Source: Eledone cirrhosa (Eukaryota). From it: a stretch of 64,000 bases of DNA. Location: assembly GCA_964016885.1 (NCBI GenBank), contig OZ024758.1:37324001-37388000 (forward strand), given 5' to 3'. Positions 43,090 to 55,400 of the stretch are shown one piece after another; position 1 is the stretch's first letter; each line of letters begins with the position of its first letter. A program made the position numbers and the translations under genes. The notes below the pieces were generated by a model that was given only the letters and a program-made list of their open reading frames with translations, had not been told where the DNA came from and did not search any database.

Positions 43090-46000
43090 GTCAGAAGTAA
43101 CTCCAATGTTGGTGAGAATTCATTTAAGTCATGGTACTAGCTGTCAGAAGTAACTCCAATGTTGGTGAGAATTCATTTAAGTTCATGGTATTAGCTGTCA
43201 GAAGGAACTCCACTGTTGGTGAGAATTCATTTAAGTTCATGGTATTAGCTGTCAGAAGTAACTCCACTGTTGGTGAGAATTCATTTAAGTTCATGGTACT
43301 AGCTGTCATAAGTAACTCCAATGTTGGTGAGAATTCATTTAAGTTCATGGTATTAGCTGTCAGAAGTAACTCCACTGTTGGTGAGAATTCATTTAAGTCA
43401 TGGTATTAGCTGTCAGAAGTAACTCCAATGTTGGTGAGAATTCATTTAAGTTCATGGTATTAGCTGTCAGAAGTAACTCCAATGTTGGTGAGAATTCATT
43501 TAAGTTCATGGTATTAGCTGTCAGAAGGAACTCCACTGTTGCTGAGAATTCATTTAAGTTCATGGTATTAGCTGTCAGAAGTAACTCCACTGTTGGTGAG
43601 AATTCATTTAAGTTCATGGTACTAGCTGTCAGAAGTAACTCCACTGTTGGTGAGAATTCATTTAAGTTCATGGTACTAGCTGTCAGAAGTAACTCCAATG
43701 TTGGTGAGAATTCATTTAAGTTCATGGTATTAGCTGTCAGAAGTAACTCCAATGTTGGTGAGAATTCATTTAAGTTCATGGTATTAGCTGTCAGAAGTAA
43801 CTCCACTGTTGGTGAGAATTCATTTAAGTTCATGGTATTAGCTGACAGAAGGAACGCCACTGTTGGTGAGAATTCATTTAAGTTCATGGTATTAGCTGTC
43901 AGAAGTAACTCCACTGTTGGTGAGAATTCATTTAAGTTCATGGTACTAGCTGTCAGAAGTAACTCCAATGTTGGTGAGAATTCATTTAAGTTCATGGTAT
44001 TAGCTGTCAGAAGTAACTCCACTGTTGGTGAGAATTCATTTAAGTTCATGGTACTAGCTGTCAGAAGTAACTCCACTGTTGGTGAGAATTCATTTAAGTT
44101 CATGGTATTAGCTGTCAGAAGTCACTCCAATGTTGGTGAGAATTCATTTAAGTTCATGGTATTAGCTGTCAGAAGTCACTCCACTGTTGGTGAGAATTCA
44201 TTTAAGTTCATGGTACTAGCTGTCAGAAGTAACCCCAATGTTGGTGAGAATTCATTTAAGTTCATGGTATTAGCTGTCAGAAGTCACTCCAATGTTGGTG
44301 AGAATTCATTTAAGTTCATGGTATTAGCTGTCAGAAGTAACTCCACTGTTGGTGAGAATTCATTTAAGTTCATGGTATTAGCTGTTAGAAGTAACTCCAC
44401 TGTTGGTGAGAATTCATTTAAGTTCATGGTATTAGCTGTCAGAAGGAACTCCACTGTTGGTGAGAATTCATTTAAGTTCATGGTACTAGCTGTCAGAAGT
44501 AACTCCACTGTTGGTGAGAATTCATTTAAGTTCATGGTATTAGTTTGTCAGAAGTAACTCCACTGTTGGTGAGAATTCATTTAAGTCATGGTACTAGCTG
44601 TCAGAAGTAACTCCACTGTTGGTGAGAATTCATTTAAGTTCATGGTATTAGCTGTCAGAAGTAACTCCACTGTTGGTGAGAATTCATTTAAGTTCATGGT
44701 ACTAGGTGTCAGAAGTAACTCCAATGTTGGTGAGAATTCTTTTAAGTTCATGGTATTAGCTGTCAGAAGGAACTCCACTGTTGCTGAGAATTCATTTAAG
44801 TTCATGGTATTAGCTGTCAGAAGTAACTCCAATGTTGGTGAGAATTCATTTAAGTTCATGGTATTAGCTGTCAGAAGGAACTCCACTGTTGGTGAGAATT
44901 AATTTAAGTTCATGGTATTAGCTGTCAGAAGTAACTCCACTGTTGGTGAGAATTCATTTAAGTCATGGTATTAGCTGTCAGAAGTAACTCCATTGTTGGT
45001 GAGAATTCATTTAAGTCATGGTACTAGCTGTCAGAAGTAACTCCAATGTTGGTGAGAATTCATTTAAGTCATGGTACTAGCTGTCAGAAGTAACTCCAAT
45101 GTTGGTGAGAATTCATTTAAGTTCATGGTATTAGCTGTCAGAAGGAACTCCACTGTTGGTGAGAATTCATTTAAGTTCATGGTATTAGCTGTCAGAAGTA
45201 ACTCCACTGTTGGTGAGAATTCATTTAAGTTCATGGTACTAGCTGTCATAAGTAACTCCAATGTTGGTGAGAATTCATTTAAGTTCATGGTATTAGCTGT
45301 CAGAAGTAACTCCACTGTTGGTGAGAATTCATTTAAGTCATGGTATTAGCTGTCAGAAGTAACTCCAATGTTGGTGAGAATTCATTTAAGTTCATGGTAT
45401 TAGCTGTCAGAAGTAACTCCAATGTTGGTGAGAATTCATTTAAGTTCATGGTATTAGCTGTCAGAAGGAACTCCACTGTTGCTGAGAATTCATTTAAGTT
45501 CATGGTATTAGCTGTCAGAAGTAACTCCACTGTTGGTGAGAATTCATTTAAGTTCATGGTACTAGCTGTCAGAAGTCACTCCACTGTTGGTGAGAATTCA
45601 TTTAAGTTCATGGTACTAGCTGTCAGAAGTAACTCCAATGTTGGTGAGAATTCATTTAAGTTCATGGTATTAGCTGTCAGAAGTAACTCCAATGTTGGTG
45701 AGAATTCATTTAAGTTCATGGTATTAGCTGTCAGAAGTAACTCCACTGTTGGTGAGAATTCATTTAAGTTCATGGTATTAGCTGACAGAAGGAACGCCAC
45801 TGTTGGTGAGAATTCATTTAAGTTCATGGTATTAGCTGTCAGAAGTAACTCCACTGTTGGTGAGAATTCATTTAAGTTCATGGTACTAGCTGTCAGAAGT
45901 AACTCCAATGTTGGTGAGAATTCATTTAAGTTCATGGTATTAGCTGTCAGAAGTAACTCCACTGTTGGTGAGAATTCATTTAAGTTCATGGTACTAGCTG

Positions 46001-46770
46001 TCAGAAGTAACTCCACTGTTGGTGAGAATTCATTTAAGTTCATGGTATTAGCTGTCAGAAGTCACTCCAATGTTGGTGAGAATTCATTTAAGTTCATGGT
46101 ATTAGCTGTCAGAAGTCACTCCACTGTTGGTGAGAATTCATTTAAGTTCATGGTACTAGCTGTCAGAAGTAACCCCAATGTTGGTGAGAATTCATTTAAG
46201 TTCATGGTATTAGCTGTCAGAAGTCACTCCAATGTTGGTGAGAATTCATTTAAGTTCATGGTATTAGCTGTCAGAAGTAACTCCACTGTTGGTGAGAATT
46301 CATTTAAGTTCATGGTATTAGCTGTTAGAAGTAACTCCACTGTTGGTGAGAATTCATTTAAGTTCATGGTATTAGCTGTCAGAAGGAACTCCACTGTTGG
46401 TGAGAATTCATTTAAGTTCATGGTACTAGCTGTCAGAAGTAACTCCACTGTTGGTGAGAATTCATTTAAGTTCATGGTATTAGTTTGTCAGAAGTAACTC
46501 CACTGTTGGTGAGAATTCATTTAAGTCATGGTACTAGCTGTCAGAAGTAACTCCACTGTTGGTGAGAATTCATTTAAGTTCATGGTATTAGCTGTCAGAA
46601 GTAACTCCACTGTTGGTGAGAATTCATTTAAGTTCATGGTACTAGGTGTCAGAAGTAACTCCAATGTTGGTGAGAATTCATTTAAGTTCATGGTATTAGC
46701 TGTCAGAAGGAACTCCACTGTTGCTGAGAATTCATTTAAGTTCATGGTATTAGCTGTCAGAAGTAACTCC
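43090..46770. repeat. Higher-order tandem duplication, period 1940 bp (36 monomers)
   Basis: Private variants AGCTGTCATA 43301/45241 and GCTGTTAGAA 44381/46321. ORF starts 43131/45071, 43400/45340 and 44588/46528. Confidence 0.9.
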
Positions 46771-49232
46771 ACTGTTGGTGAGAATTCATTTAAGTTCATG
46801 GTATTAGCTGTCAGAAGTAACTCCACTGTTGGTGAGAATTCATTTAAGTCATGGTATTAGCTGTCAGAAGTAACTCCATTGTTGGTGAGAATTCATTTAA
46901 GTCATGGTACTAGCTGTTAAAAGTAACTCCAATGTTGGTGAGAATTCATTTAAGTCATGGTACTAGCTGTCAGAAGTAACTCCAATGTTGGTGAGAATTC
47001 ATTTAAGTTCATGGTATTAGCTGTCAGAAGGAACTCCACTGTTGGTGAGAATTCATTTAAGTTCATGGTATTAGCTGTCAGAAGTAACTCCACTGTTGGT
47101 GAGAATTCATTTAAGTTCATGGTATTAGCTGTCAGAAGTAACTCCACTGTTGGTGAGAATTCATTTAAGTTCATGGTACTAGCTGTCAGAAGTAACTCCA
47201 ATGTTGGTGAGAATTCATTTAAGTTCATGGTATTAGCTGTCAGAAGTAACTCCACTGTTGGTGAGAATTCATTTAAGTCATGGTATTAGCTGTCAGAAGT
47301 AACTCCAATGTTGGTGAGAATTCATTTAAGTTCATGGTATTAGCTGTCAGAAGTAACTCCAATGTTGGTGAGAATTCATTTAAGTTCATGGTATTAGCTG
47401 TCAGAAGGAACTCCACTGTTGCTGAGAATTCATTTAAGTTCATGGTATTAGCTGTCAGAAGTAACTCCACTGTTGGTGAGAATTCATTTAAGTTCATGGT
47501 ACTAGCTGTCAGAAGTAACTCCACTGTTGGTGAGAATTCATTTAAGTTCATGGTATTAGCTGTCAGAAGTCACTCCAATGTTGGTGAGAATTCATTTAAG
47601 TTCATGGTATTAGCTGTCAGAAGTCACTCCACTGTTGGTGAGAATTCATTTAAGTTCATGGTACTAGCTGTCAGAAGTAACCCCAATGTTGGTGAGAATT
47701 CATTTAAGTTCATGGTATTAGCTGTCAGAAGTCACTCCAATGTTGGTGAGAATTCATTTAAGTTCATGGTATTAGCTGTCAGAAGTAACTCCACTGTTGG
47801 TGAGAATTCATTTAAGTTCATGGTATTAGCTGTCAGAAGGAACTCCACTGTTGGTGAGAATTCATTTAAGTTCATGGTACTAGCTGTCAGAAGTAACTCC
47901 ACCGTTGGTGAGAATTCATTTAAGTTCATGGTATTAGTTTGTCAGAAGTAACTCCACTGTTGGTGAGAATGCATTTAAGTCATGGTATTAGTTGTCAGAA
48001 GTAACTCCAATGTTGGTGAGAATTCATTTAAGCCATGGTACTAGCTGTCAGAAGTAACTCCAATGTTGGTGAGAATTCATTTAAGTTCATGGTATTAGCT
48101 GTCAGAACGAACTCCACTGTTGGTGAGAATTCATTTAAGTTCATGGTATTAGCTGTCAGAAGTAACTCCACTGTTGGTGAGAATTCATTTAAGTTCATGG
48201 TACTAGCTGTCAGAAGTAACTCCAATGTTGGTGAGAAATCATTTAAGTTCATGGTATTAGCTGTCAGAAGTAACTCCACTGTTGGTGAGAGTTCATTTAA
48301 GTCATGGTATTAGCTGTCAGAAGTAACTCCAATGTTGGTGAGAATTCATTTAAGTTCATGGTATTAGCTGTCAGAAGTAACTCCACTGTTGGTGAGAATT
48401 CATTTAAGTTCATGGTATTAGCTGTCAGAAGTAACTCCACTGTTGGTGAGAATTCATTTAAGTTCATGGTACTAGCTGTCAGAAGTAACTCCACTGTTGG
48501 TGAGAATTCATTTAAGTTCATGGTATTAGTTTGTCAGAAGTAACTCCACTGTTGGTGAGAATTCATTTAAGTCATGGTATTAGTTGTCAGAAGTAACTCC
48601 AATGTTGGTGAGAATTCATTTAAGTTCATGGTATTAGCTGTCAGAAGGAACTCCACTGTTGGTGAGAATTCATTTAAGTTCATGGTATTAGCTGTCAGAA
48701 GGAACTCCAATGTTGGTGAGAATTCATTTAAGTCATGGTACTAGCTGTCAGAAGTAACTCCACTGTTGGTGAGAATTCATTTAAGTTCATTGTATTAGCT
48801 GTCAGAAGGAACTCCACTGTTGGTGAGAATTCATTTAAGTTCATGGTATTAGCTGTCAGAAGGAACGCCACTGTTGGTGAGAATTCATTTAAGTTCATGG
48901 TATTAGCTGTCAGAAGTAACTCCACTGTTGGTGAGAATTCATTTAAGTTCATGGTACTAGCTGTCAGAAGTAACTCCAATGTTGGTGAGAATTCATTTAA
49001 GTTCATGTTATTAGCTGTCAGAAGGAACTCCACTGTTGGTGAGAATTCATTTAAGTTCATGGTATTAGCTGTCAGAAGTAACTCCACTGTTGGTGAGAAT
49101 TCATTTAAGTCATGGTATTAGCTGTCAGAAGTAACTCCATTGTTGGTGAGAATTCATTTAAGTCATGGTACTAGCTGTCAGAAGTAACTCCAATGTTGGT
49201 GAGAATTCATTTAAGTCATGGTACTAGCTGTC

Positions 49233-49318
49233 AAATGAATTCTCACCAACATTGGAGTTACTTCTGACAGCTAGTACCATGACTTAAATGAATTCTCACC
49301 AACAATGGAGTTACTTCT
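49233..49318 (-). repeat. 86-bp inverted satellite segment (~1.6 monomers), the only reverse-orientation sequence in the array
   Basis: AAATGAATTCTCACCAACATTGGAG...AACAATGGAGTTACTTCT is the exact reverse complement of 49127-49212. Forward orientation resumes at AAGTTCATGG (49319). Confidence 0.97.
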
Positions 49319-49494
49319 AAGTTCATGGTATTAGCTGTCAGAAGGAACTCCACTGTTGGTGAGAATTCATTTAAGTTCATGGTATTAGCTGTCAGAAGTA
49401 ACTCCACTGTTGGTGAGAATTCATTTAAGTTCATGGTATTAGCTGTCAGAAGTAACTCCACTGTTGGTGAGAATTCATTTAAGTTCATGGTACT

Positions 49495-52400
49495 AGCTGT
49501 CAGAAGTAACTCCAATGTTGGTGAGAATTCATTTAAGTTCATGGTATTAGCTGTCAGAAGGAACTCCACTGTTGCTGAGAATTCATTTAAGTTCATGGTA
49601 TTAGCTGTCAGAAGTAACTCCACTGTTGGTGAGAATTCATTTAAGTTCATGGTACTAGCTGTCAGAAGTAACTCCACTGTTGGTGAGAATTCATTTAAGT
49701 TCTTGGTATTAGCTGTCAGAAGTCACTCCAATGTTGGTGAGAATTCATTTAAGTTCATGGTATTAGCTGTCAGAAGTCACTCCACTGTTGGTGAGAATTC
49801 ATTTAAGTTCATGGTACTAGCTGTCAGAAGTAACCCCAATGTTGGTGAGAATTCATTTAAGTTCATGGTATTAGCTGTCAGAAGTCACTCCAATGTTGGT
49901 GAGAATTCATTTAAGTTCATGGTATTAGCTGTCAGAAGTAACTCCACTGTTGGTGAGAATTCATTTAAGTTCATGGTATTAGCTGTCAGAAGTAACTCCA
50001 CTGTTGGTGAGAATTCATTTAAGTTCATGGTATTAGCTGTCAGAAGGAACTCCACTGTTGGTGAGAATTCATTTAAGTTCATGGTACTAGCTGTCAGAAG
50101 TAACTCCACTGTTGGTGAGAATTCATTTAAGTTCATGGTATTAGTTTGTCAGAAGTAACTCCACTGTTGGTGAGAATTCATTTAAGTCATGGTATTAGTT
50201 GTCAGAAGTAACTCCAATGTTGATGAGAATTCATTTAAGTTCATGGTATTAGCTGTCAGAACGAACTCCACTGTTGGTGAAAATTCATTTAAGTTCATGG
50301 TATTAGCTGTCAGAAGTAACTCCACTGTTGGTGAGAATTCATTTAAGTTCATGGTACTAGCTGTCAGAAGTAACTCCAATGTTGGTGAGAATTCATTTAA
50401 GTTCATGGTATTAGCTGTCAGAAGTAACTCCACTGTTGGTGAGAGTTCATTTAAGTCATGGTATTAGCTGTCAGAAGTAACTCCAATGTTGGTGAGAATT
50501 CATTTAAGTTCATGGTATTAGCTGTCAGAAGTAACTCCACTGTTGGTGAGAATTCATTTAAGTTCATGGTATTAGCTGTCAGAAGTAACTCCACTGTTGG
50601 TGAGAATTCATTTAAGTTCATGGTACTAGCTGTCAGAAGTAACTCCACTGTTGGTGAGAATTCATTTAAGTTCATGGTATTAGTTTGTCAGAAGTAACTC
50701 CACTGTTGGTGAGAATTCATTTAAGTCATGGTATTAGTTGTCAGAAGTAACACCAATGTTGGTGAGAATTCATTTAAGTTCATGGTATTAGCTGTCAGAA
50801 GGAACTCCACTGTTGGTGAGAATTCATTTAAGTTCATGGTATTAGCTGTCAGAAGGAACTCCAATGTTGGTGAGAATTCATTTAAGTCATGGTACTAGCT
50901 GTCAGAAGTAACTCCACAGTTGGTGAGAATTCATTTAAGTTCATGGTATTAGCTGTCAGAAGGAACTCCACTGTTGGTGAGAATTCATTTAAGTTCATGG
51001 TACTAGCTGTCAGAAGGAACTCCACTGTTGGTGAGAATTCATTTAAGTTCATGGTATTAGTTTGTCAGAAGTAACTCCACTGTTGGTGAGAATTCATTTA
51101 AGTCATGGTATTAGTTGTCAGAAGTAACTCCAATGTTGGTGATAATTCATTTAAGCCATGGTACTAGCTGTCAGAAGTAACTCCAATGTTGGTGAGAATT
51201 CATTTAATTTCATGGTATTAGCTGTCAGAACGAACTCCACTGTTGGTGAGAATTCATTTAAGTTCATGGTATTAGCTGTCAGAAGGAACTCCACTGTTGG
51301 TGAGAATTCATTTAAGTTCATGGTATTAGCTGTCAGAAGGAACGCCACTGTTGGTGAGAATTCATTTAAGTTCATGGTATTAGCTGTCAGAAGTAACTCC
51401 ACTGTTGGTGAGAATTCATTTAAGTTCATGGTACTAGCTGTCAGAAGTAACTCCAATGTTGGTGAGAATTCATTTAAGTTCATGGTATTAGCTGTCAGAA
51501 GGAACTCCACTGTTGGTGAGAATTCATTTAAGTTCATGGTATTAGCTGTCAGAAGTAACTCCACTGTTGGTGAGAATTCATTTAAGTTCATGGTATTAGC
51601 TGTCAGAAGTAACTCCACTGTTGGTGAGAATTCATTTAAGTTCATGGTACTAGCTGTCAGAAGTAACTCCAATGTTGGTGAGAATTCATTTAAGTTCATG
51701 GTATTAGCTGTCAGAAGTAACTCCACTGTTGGTGAGAATTCATTTAAGTCATGGTATTAGCTGTCAGAAGTAACTCCAATGTTGGTGAGAATTCATTTAA
51801 GTTCATGGTATTAGCTGTCAGAAGTAACTCCAATGTTGGTGAGAATTCATTTAAGTTCATGGTATTAGCTGTCAGAAGGAACTCCACTGTTGCTGAGAAT
51901 TCATTTAAGTTCATGGTATTAGCTGTCAGAAGTAACTCCACTGTTGGTGAGAATTCATTTAAGTTCATGGTAATAGCTGTCAGAAGTACCCCAATGTTGG
52001 TGAGAATTCATTTAAGTTCATGGTATTAGCTGTCAGAAGTCACTCCAATGTTGGTGAGAATTCATTTAAGTTCATGGTATTAGCTGTCAGAAGTAACTCC
52101 ACTGTTGGTGAGAATTCATTTAAGTTCATGGTATTAGCTGTCAGAAGTAACTCCACTGTTGGTGAGAATTCATTTAAGTTCATGGTATTAGCTGTCAGAA
52201 GGAACTCCACTGTTGGTGAGAATTCATTTAAATTCATGGTACTAGCTGTCAGAAGTAACTCCACTGTTGGTGAGAATTCATTTAAGTTCATGGTATTAGT
52301 TTGTCAGAAGTAACTCCACTGTTGGTGAGAATTCATTTACGTCATGGTATTAGTTGTCAGAAGTAACTCCAATGTTGGTGAGAATTCATTTAAGCCATGG

Positions 52401-55400
52401 TACTAGCTGTCAGAAGTAACTCCAATGTTGGTGAGAATTCATTTAAGTTCATGGTATTAGCTGTCAGAACGAACTCCACTGTTGGTGAAAATTCATTTAA
52501 GTTCATGGTATTAGCTGTCAGAAGTAACTCCACTGTTGGTGAGAATTCATTTAAGTTCATGGTACTAGCTGTCAGAAGTAACTCCAATGTTGGTGAGAAT
52601 TCATTTAAGTTCATGGTATTAGCTGTCAGAAGTAACTCCACTGTTGGTGAGAGTTCATTTAAGTCATGGTATTAGCTGTCAGAAGTAACTCCAATGTTGG
52701 TGAGAATTCATTTAAGTTCATGGTATTAGCTGTCAGAAGTAACTCCACTGTTGGTGAGAATTCATTTAAGTTCATGGTATTAGCTGTCAGAAGTAACTCC
52801 ACTGTTGGTGAGAATTCATTTAAGTTCATGGTACTAGCTGTCAGAAGTAACTCGACTGTTGGTGAGAATTCATTTAAGTTCATGGTATTAGTTTGTCAGA
52901 AGTAACTCCACTGTTGGTGAGAATTCATTTAAGTCATGGTATTAGTTGTCAGAAGTAACTCCAATGTTGGTGAGAATTCATTTAAGTTCATGGTATTAGC
53001 TGTCAGAAGGAACTCCACTGTTGGTGAGAATTCATTTAAGTTCATGGTATTAGCTGTCAGAAGGAACTCCAATGTTGGTGAGAATTCATTTAAGTCATGG
53101 TACTAGCTGTCAGAAGTAACTCCAATGTTGGTGAGAATTCATTTAAGTCATGGTACTAGCTGTCAGAAGTAACTCCAATGTTGGTGAGAATTCATTGAAG
53201 TTCATGGTATTAGCTGTCAGAAGGAACTCCACTGTTGGTGAGAATTCATTTAAGTTCATGGTATTAGCTGTCAGAAGTAACTCCACTGTTGGTGAGAATT
53301 CATTTAAGTTCATGGTATTAGCTGACAGAAGTAACTCCACTGTTGGTGAGAATTCATTTAAGTTCATGGTACTAGCTGTCAGAAGTAACTCCAATGTTGG
53401 TGAGAATTCATTTAAGTTCATGGTATTAGCTGTCAGAAGTAACTCCACTGTTGGTGAGAATTCATTTAAGTCATGGTATTAGATGTCAGAAGTAACTCCA
53501 ATGTTGGTGAGAATTCATTTAAGTTCATGGTATTAGCTGTCAGAAGTAACTCCAATGTTGGTGAGAATTCATTTAAGTTCATGGTATTAGCTGTCAGAAG
53601 GAACTCCACTGTTGCTGAGAATTCATTTAAGTTCATGGTATTAGCTGTCAGAAGTAACTCCACTGTTGGTGAGAATTCATTTAAGTTCATGGTACTAGCT
53701 GTCAGAAGTAACTCCACTGTTGGTGAGAATTCATTTAAGTTCTTGGTATTAGCTGTCAGAAGTCACTCCAATGTTGGTGAGAATTCATTTAAGTTCATGG
53801 TATTAGCTGTCAGAAGTCACTCCACTGTTGGTGAGAATTCATTTAAGTTCATGGTACTAGCTGTCAGAAGTAACCCCAATGTTGGTGAGAATTCATTTAA
53901 GTTCATGGTATTAGCTGTCAGAAGTCACTCCAATGTTGGTGAGAATTCATTTAAGTTCATGGTATTAGCTGTCAGAAGTAACTCCACTGTTGGTGAGAAT
54001 TCATTTAAGTTCATGGTATTAGCTGTCAGAAGTAACTCCACTGTTGGTGAGAATTCATTTAAGTTCATGGTATTAGCTGTCAGAAGGAACTCCACTGTTG
54101 GTGAGAATTCATTTAAGTTCATGGTACTAGCTGTCAGAAGTAACTCCACTGTTGGTGAGAATTCATTTAAGTTCATGGTATTAGTTTGTCAGAAGTAACT
54201 CCACTGTTGGTGAGAATTCATTTAAGTCATGGTATTAGTTGTCAGAAGTAACTCCAATGTTGATGAGAATTCATTTAAGTTCATGGTATTAGCTGTCAGA
54301 ACGAACTCCACTGTTGGTGAAAATTCATTTAAGTTCATGGTATTAGCTGTCAGAAGTAACTCCACTGTTGGTGAGAATTCATTTAAGTTCATGGTACTAG
54401 CTGTCAGAAGTAACTCCAATGTTGGTGAGAATTCATTTAAGTTCATGGTATTAGCTGTCAGAAGTAACTCCACTGTTGGTGAGAGTTCATTTAAGTCATG
54501 GTATTAGCTGTCAGAAGTAACTCCAATGTTGGTGAGAATTCATTTAAGTTCATGGTATTAGCTGTCAGAAGTAACTCCACTGTTGGTGAGAATTCATTTA
54601 AGTTCATGGTATTAGCTGTCAGAAGTAACTCCACTGTTGGTGAGAATTCATTTAAGTTCATGGTACTAGCTGTCAGAAGTAACTCCACTGTTGGTGAGAA
54701 TTCATTTAAGTTCATGGTATTAGTTTGTCAGAAGTAACTCCACTGTTGGTGAGAATTCATTTAAGTCATGGTATTAGTTGTCAGAAGTAACTCCAATGTT
54801 GGTGAGAATTCATTTAAGTTCATGGTATTAGCTGTCAGAAGGAACTCCACTGTTGGTGAGAATTCATTTAAGTTCATGGTATTAGCTGTCAGAAGGAACT
54901 CCAATGTTGGTGAGAATTCATTTAAGTCATGGTACTAGCTGTCAGAAGTAACTCCACAGTTGGTGAGAATTCATTTAAGTTCATGGTATTAGCTGTCAGA
55001 AGGAACTCCACTGTTGGTGAGAATTCATTTAAGTTCATGGTACTAGCTGTCAGAAGGAACTCCACTGTTGGTGAGAATTCATTTAAGTTCATGGTATTAG
55101 TTTGTCAGAAGTAACTCCACTGTTGGTGAGAATTCATTTAAGTCATGGTATTAGTTGTCAGAAGTAACTCCAATGTTGGTGATAATTCATTTAAGCCATG
55201 GTACTAGCTGTCAGAAGTAACTCCAATGTTGGTGAGAATTCATTTAATTTCATGGTATTAGCTGTCAGAACGAACTCCACTGTTGGTGAGAATTCATTTA
55301 AGTTCATGGTATTAGCTGTCAGAAGGAACTCCACTGTTGGTGAGAATTCATTTAAGTTCATGGTATTAGCTGTCAGAAGGAACGCCACTGTTGGTGAGAA

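Noticed and set aside
49127-49318. MITE or transposon terminal inverted repeats, terminator or ncRNA gene
   Set aside because: Both arms and the loop are ordinary satellite sequence, with no foreign DNA, target-site duplication or U-tract.
49258-49677. Minus-strand ORF with a distinct C-terminus (LEVTPLLVRIHLSHGTSCQK)
   Set aside because: It is read-through into the inverted segment, so it is satellite sequence in another frame and not a protein domain.
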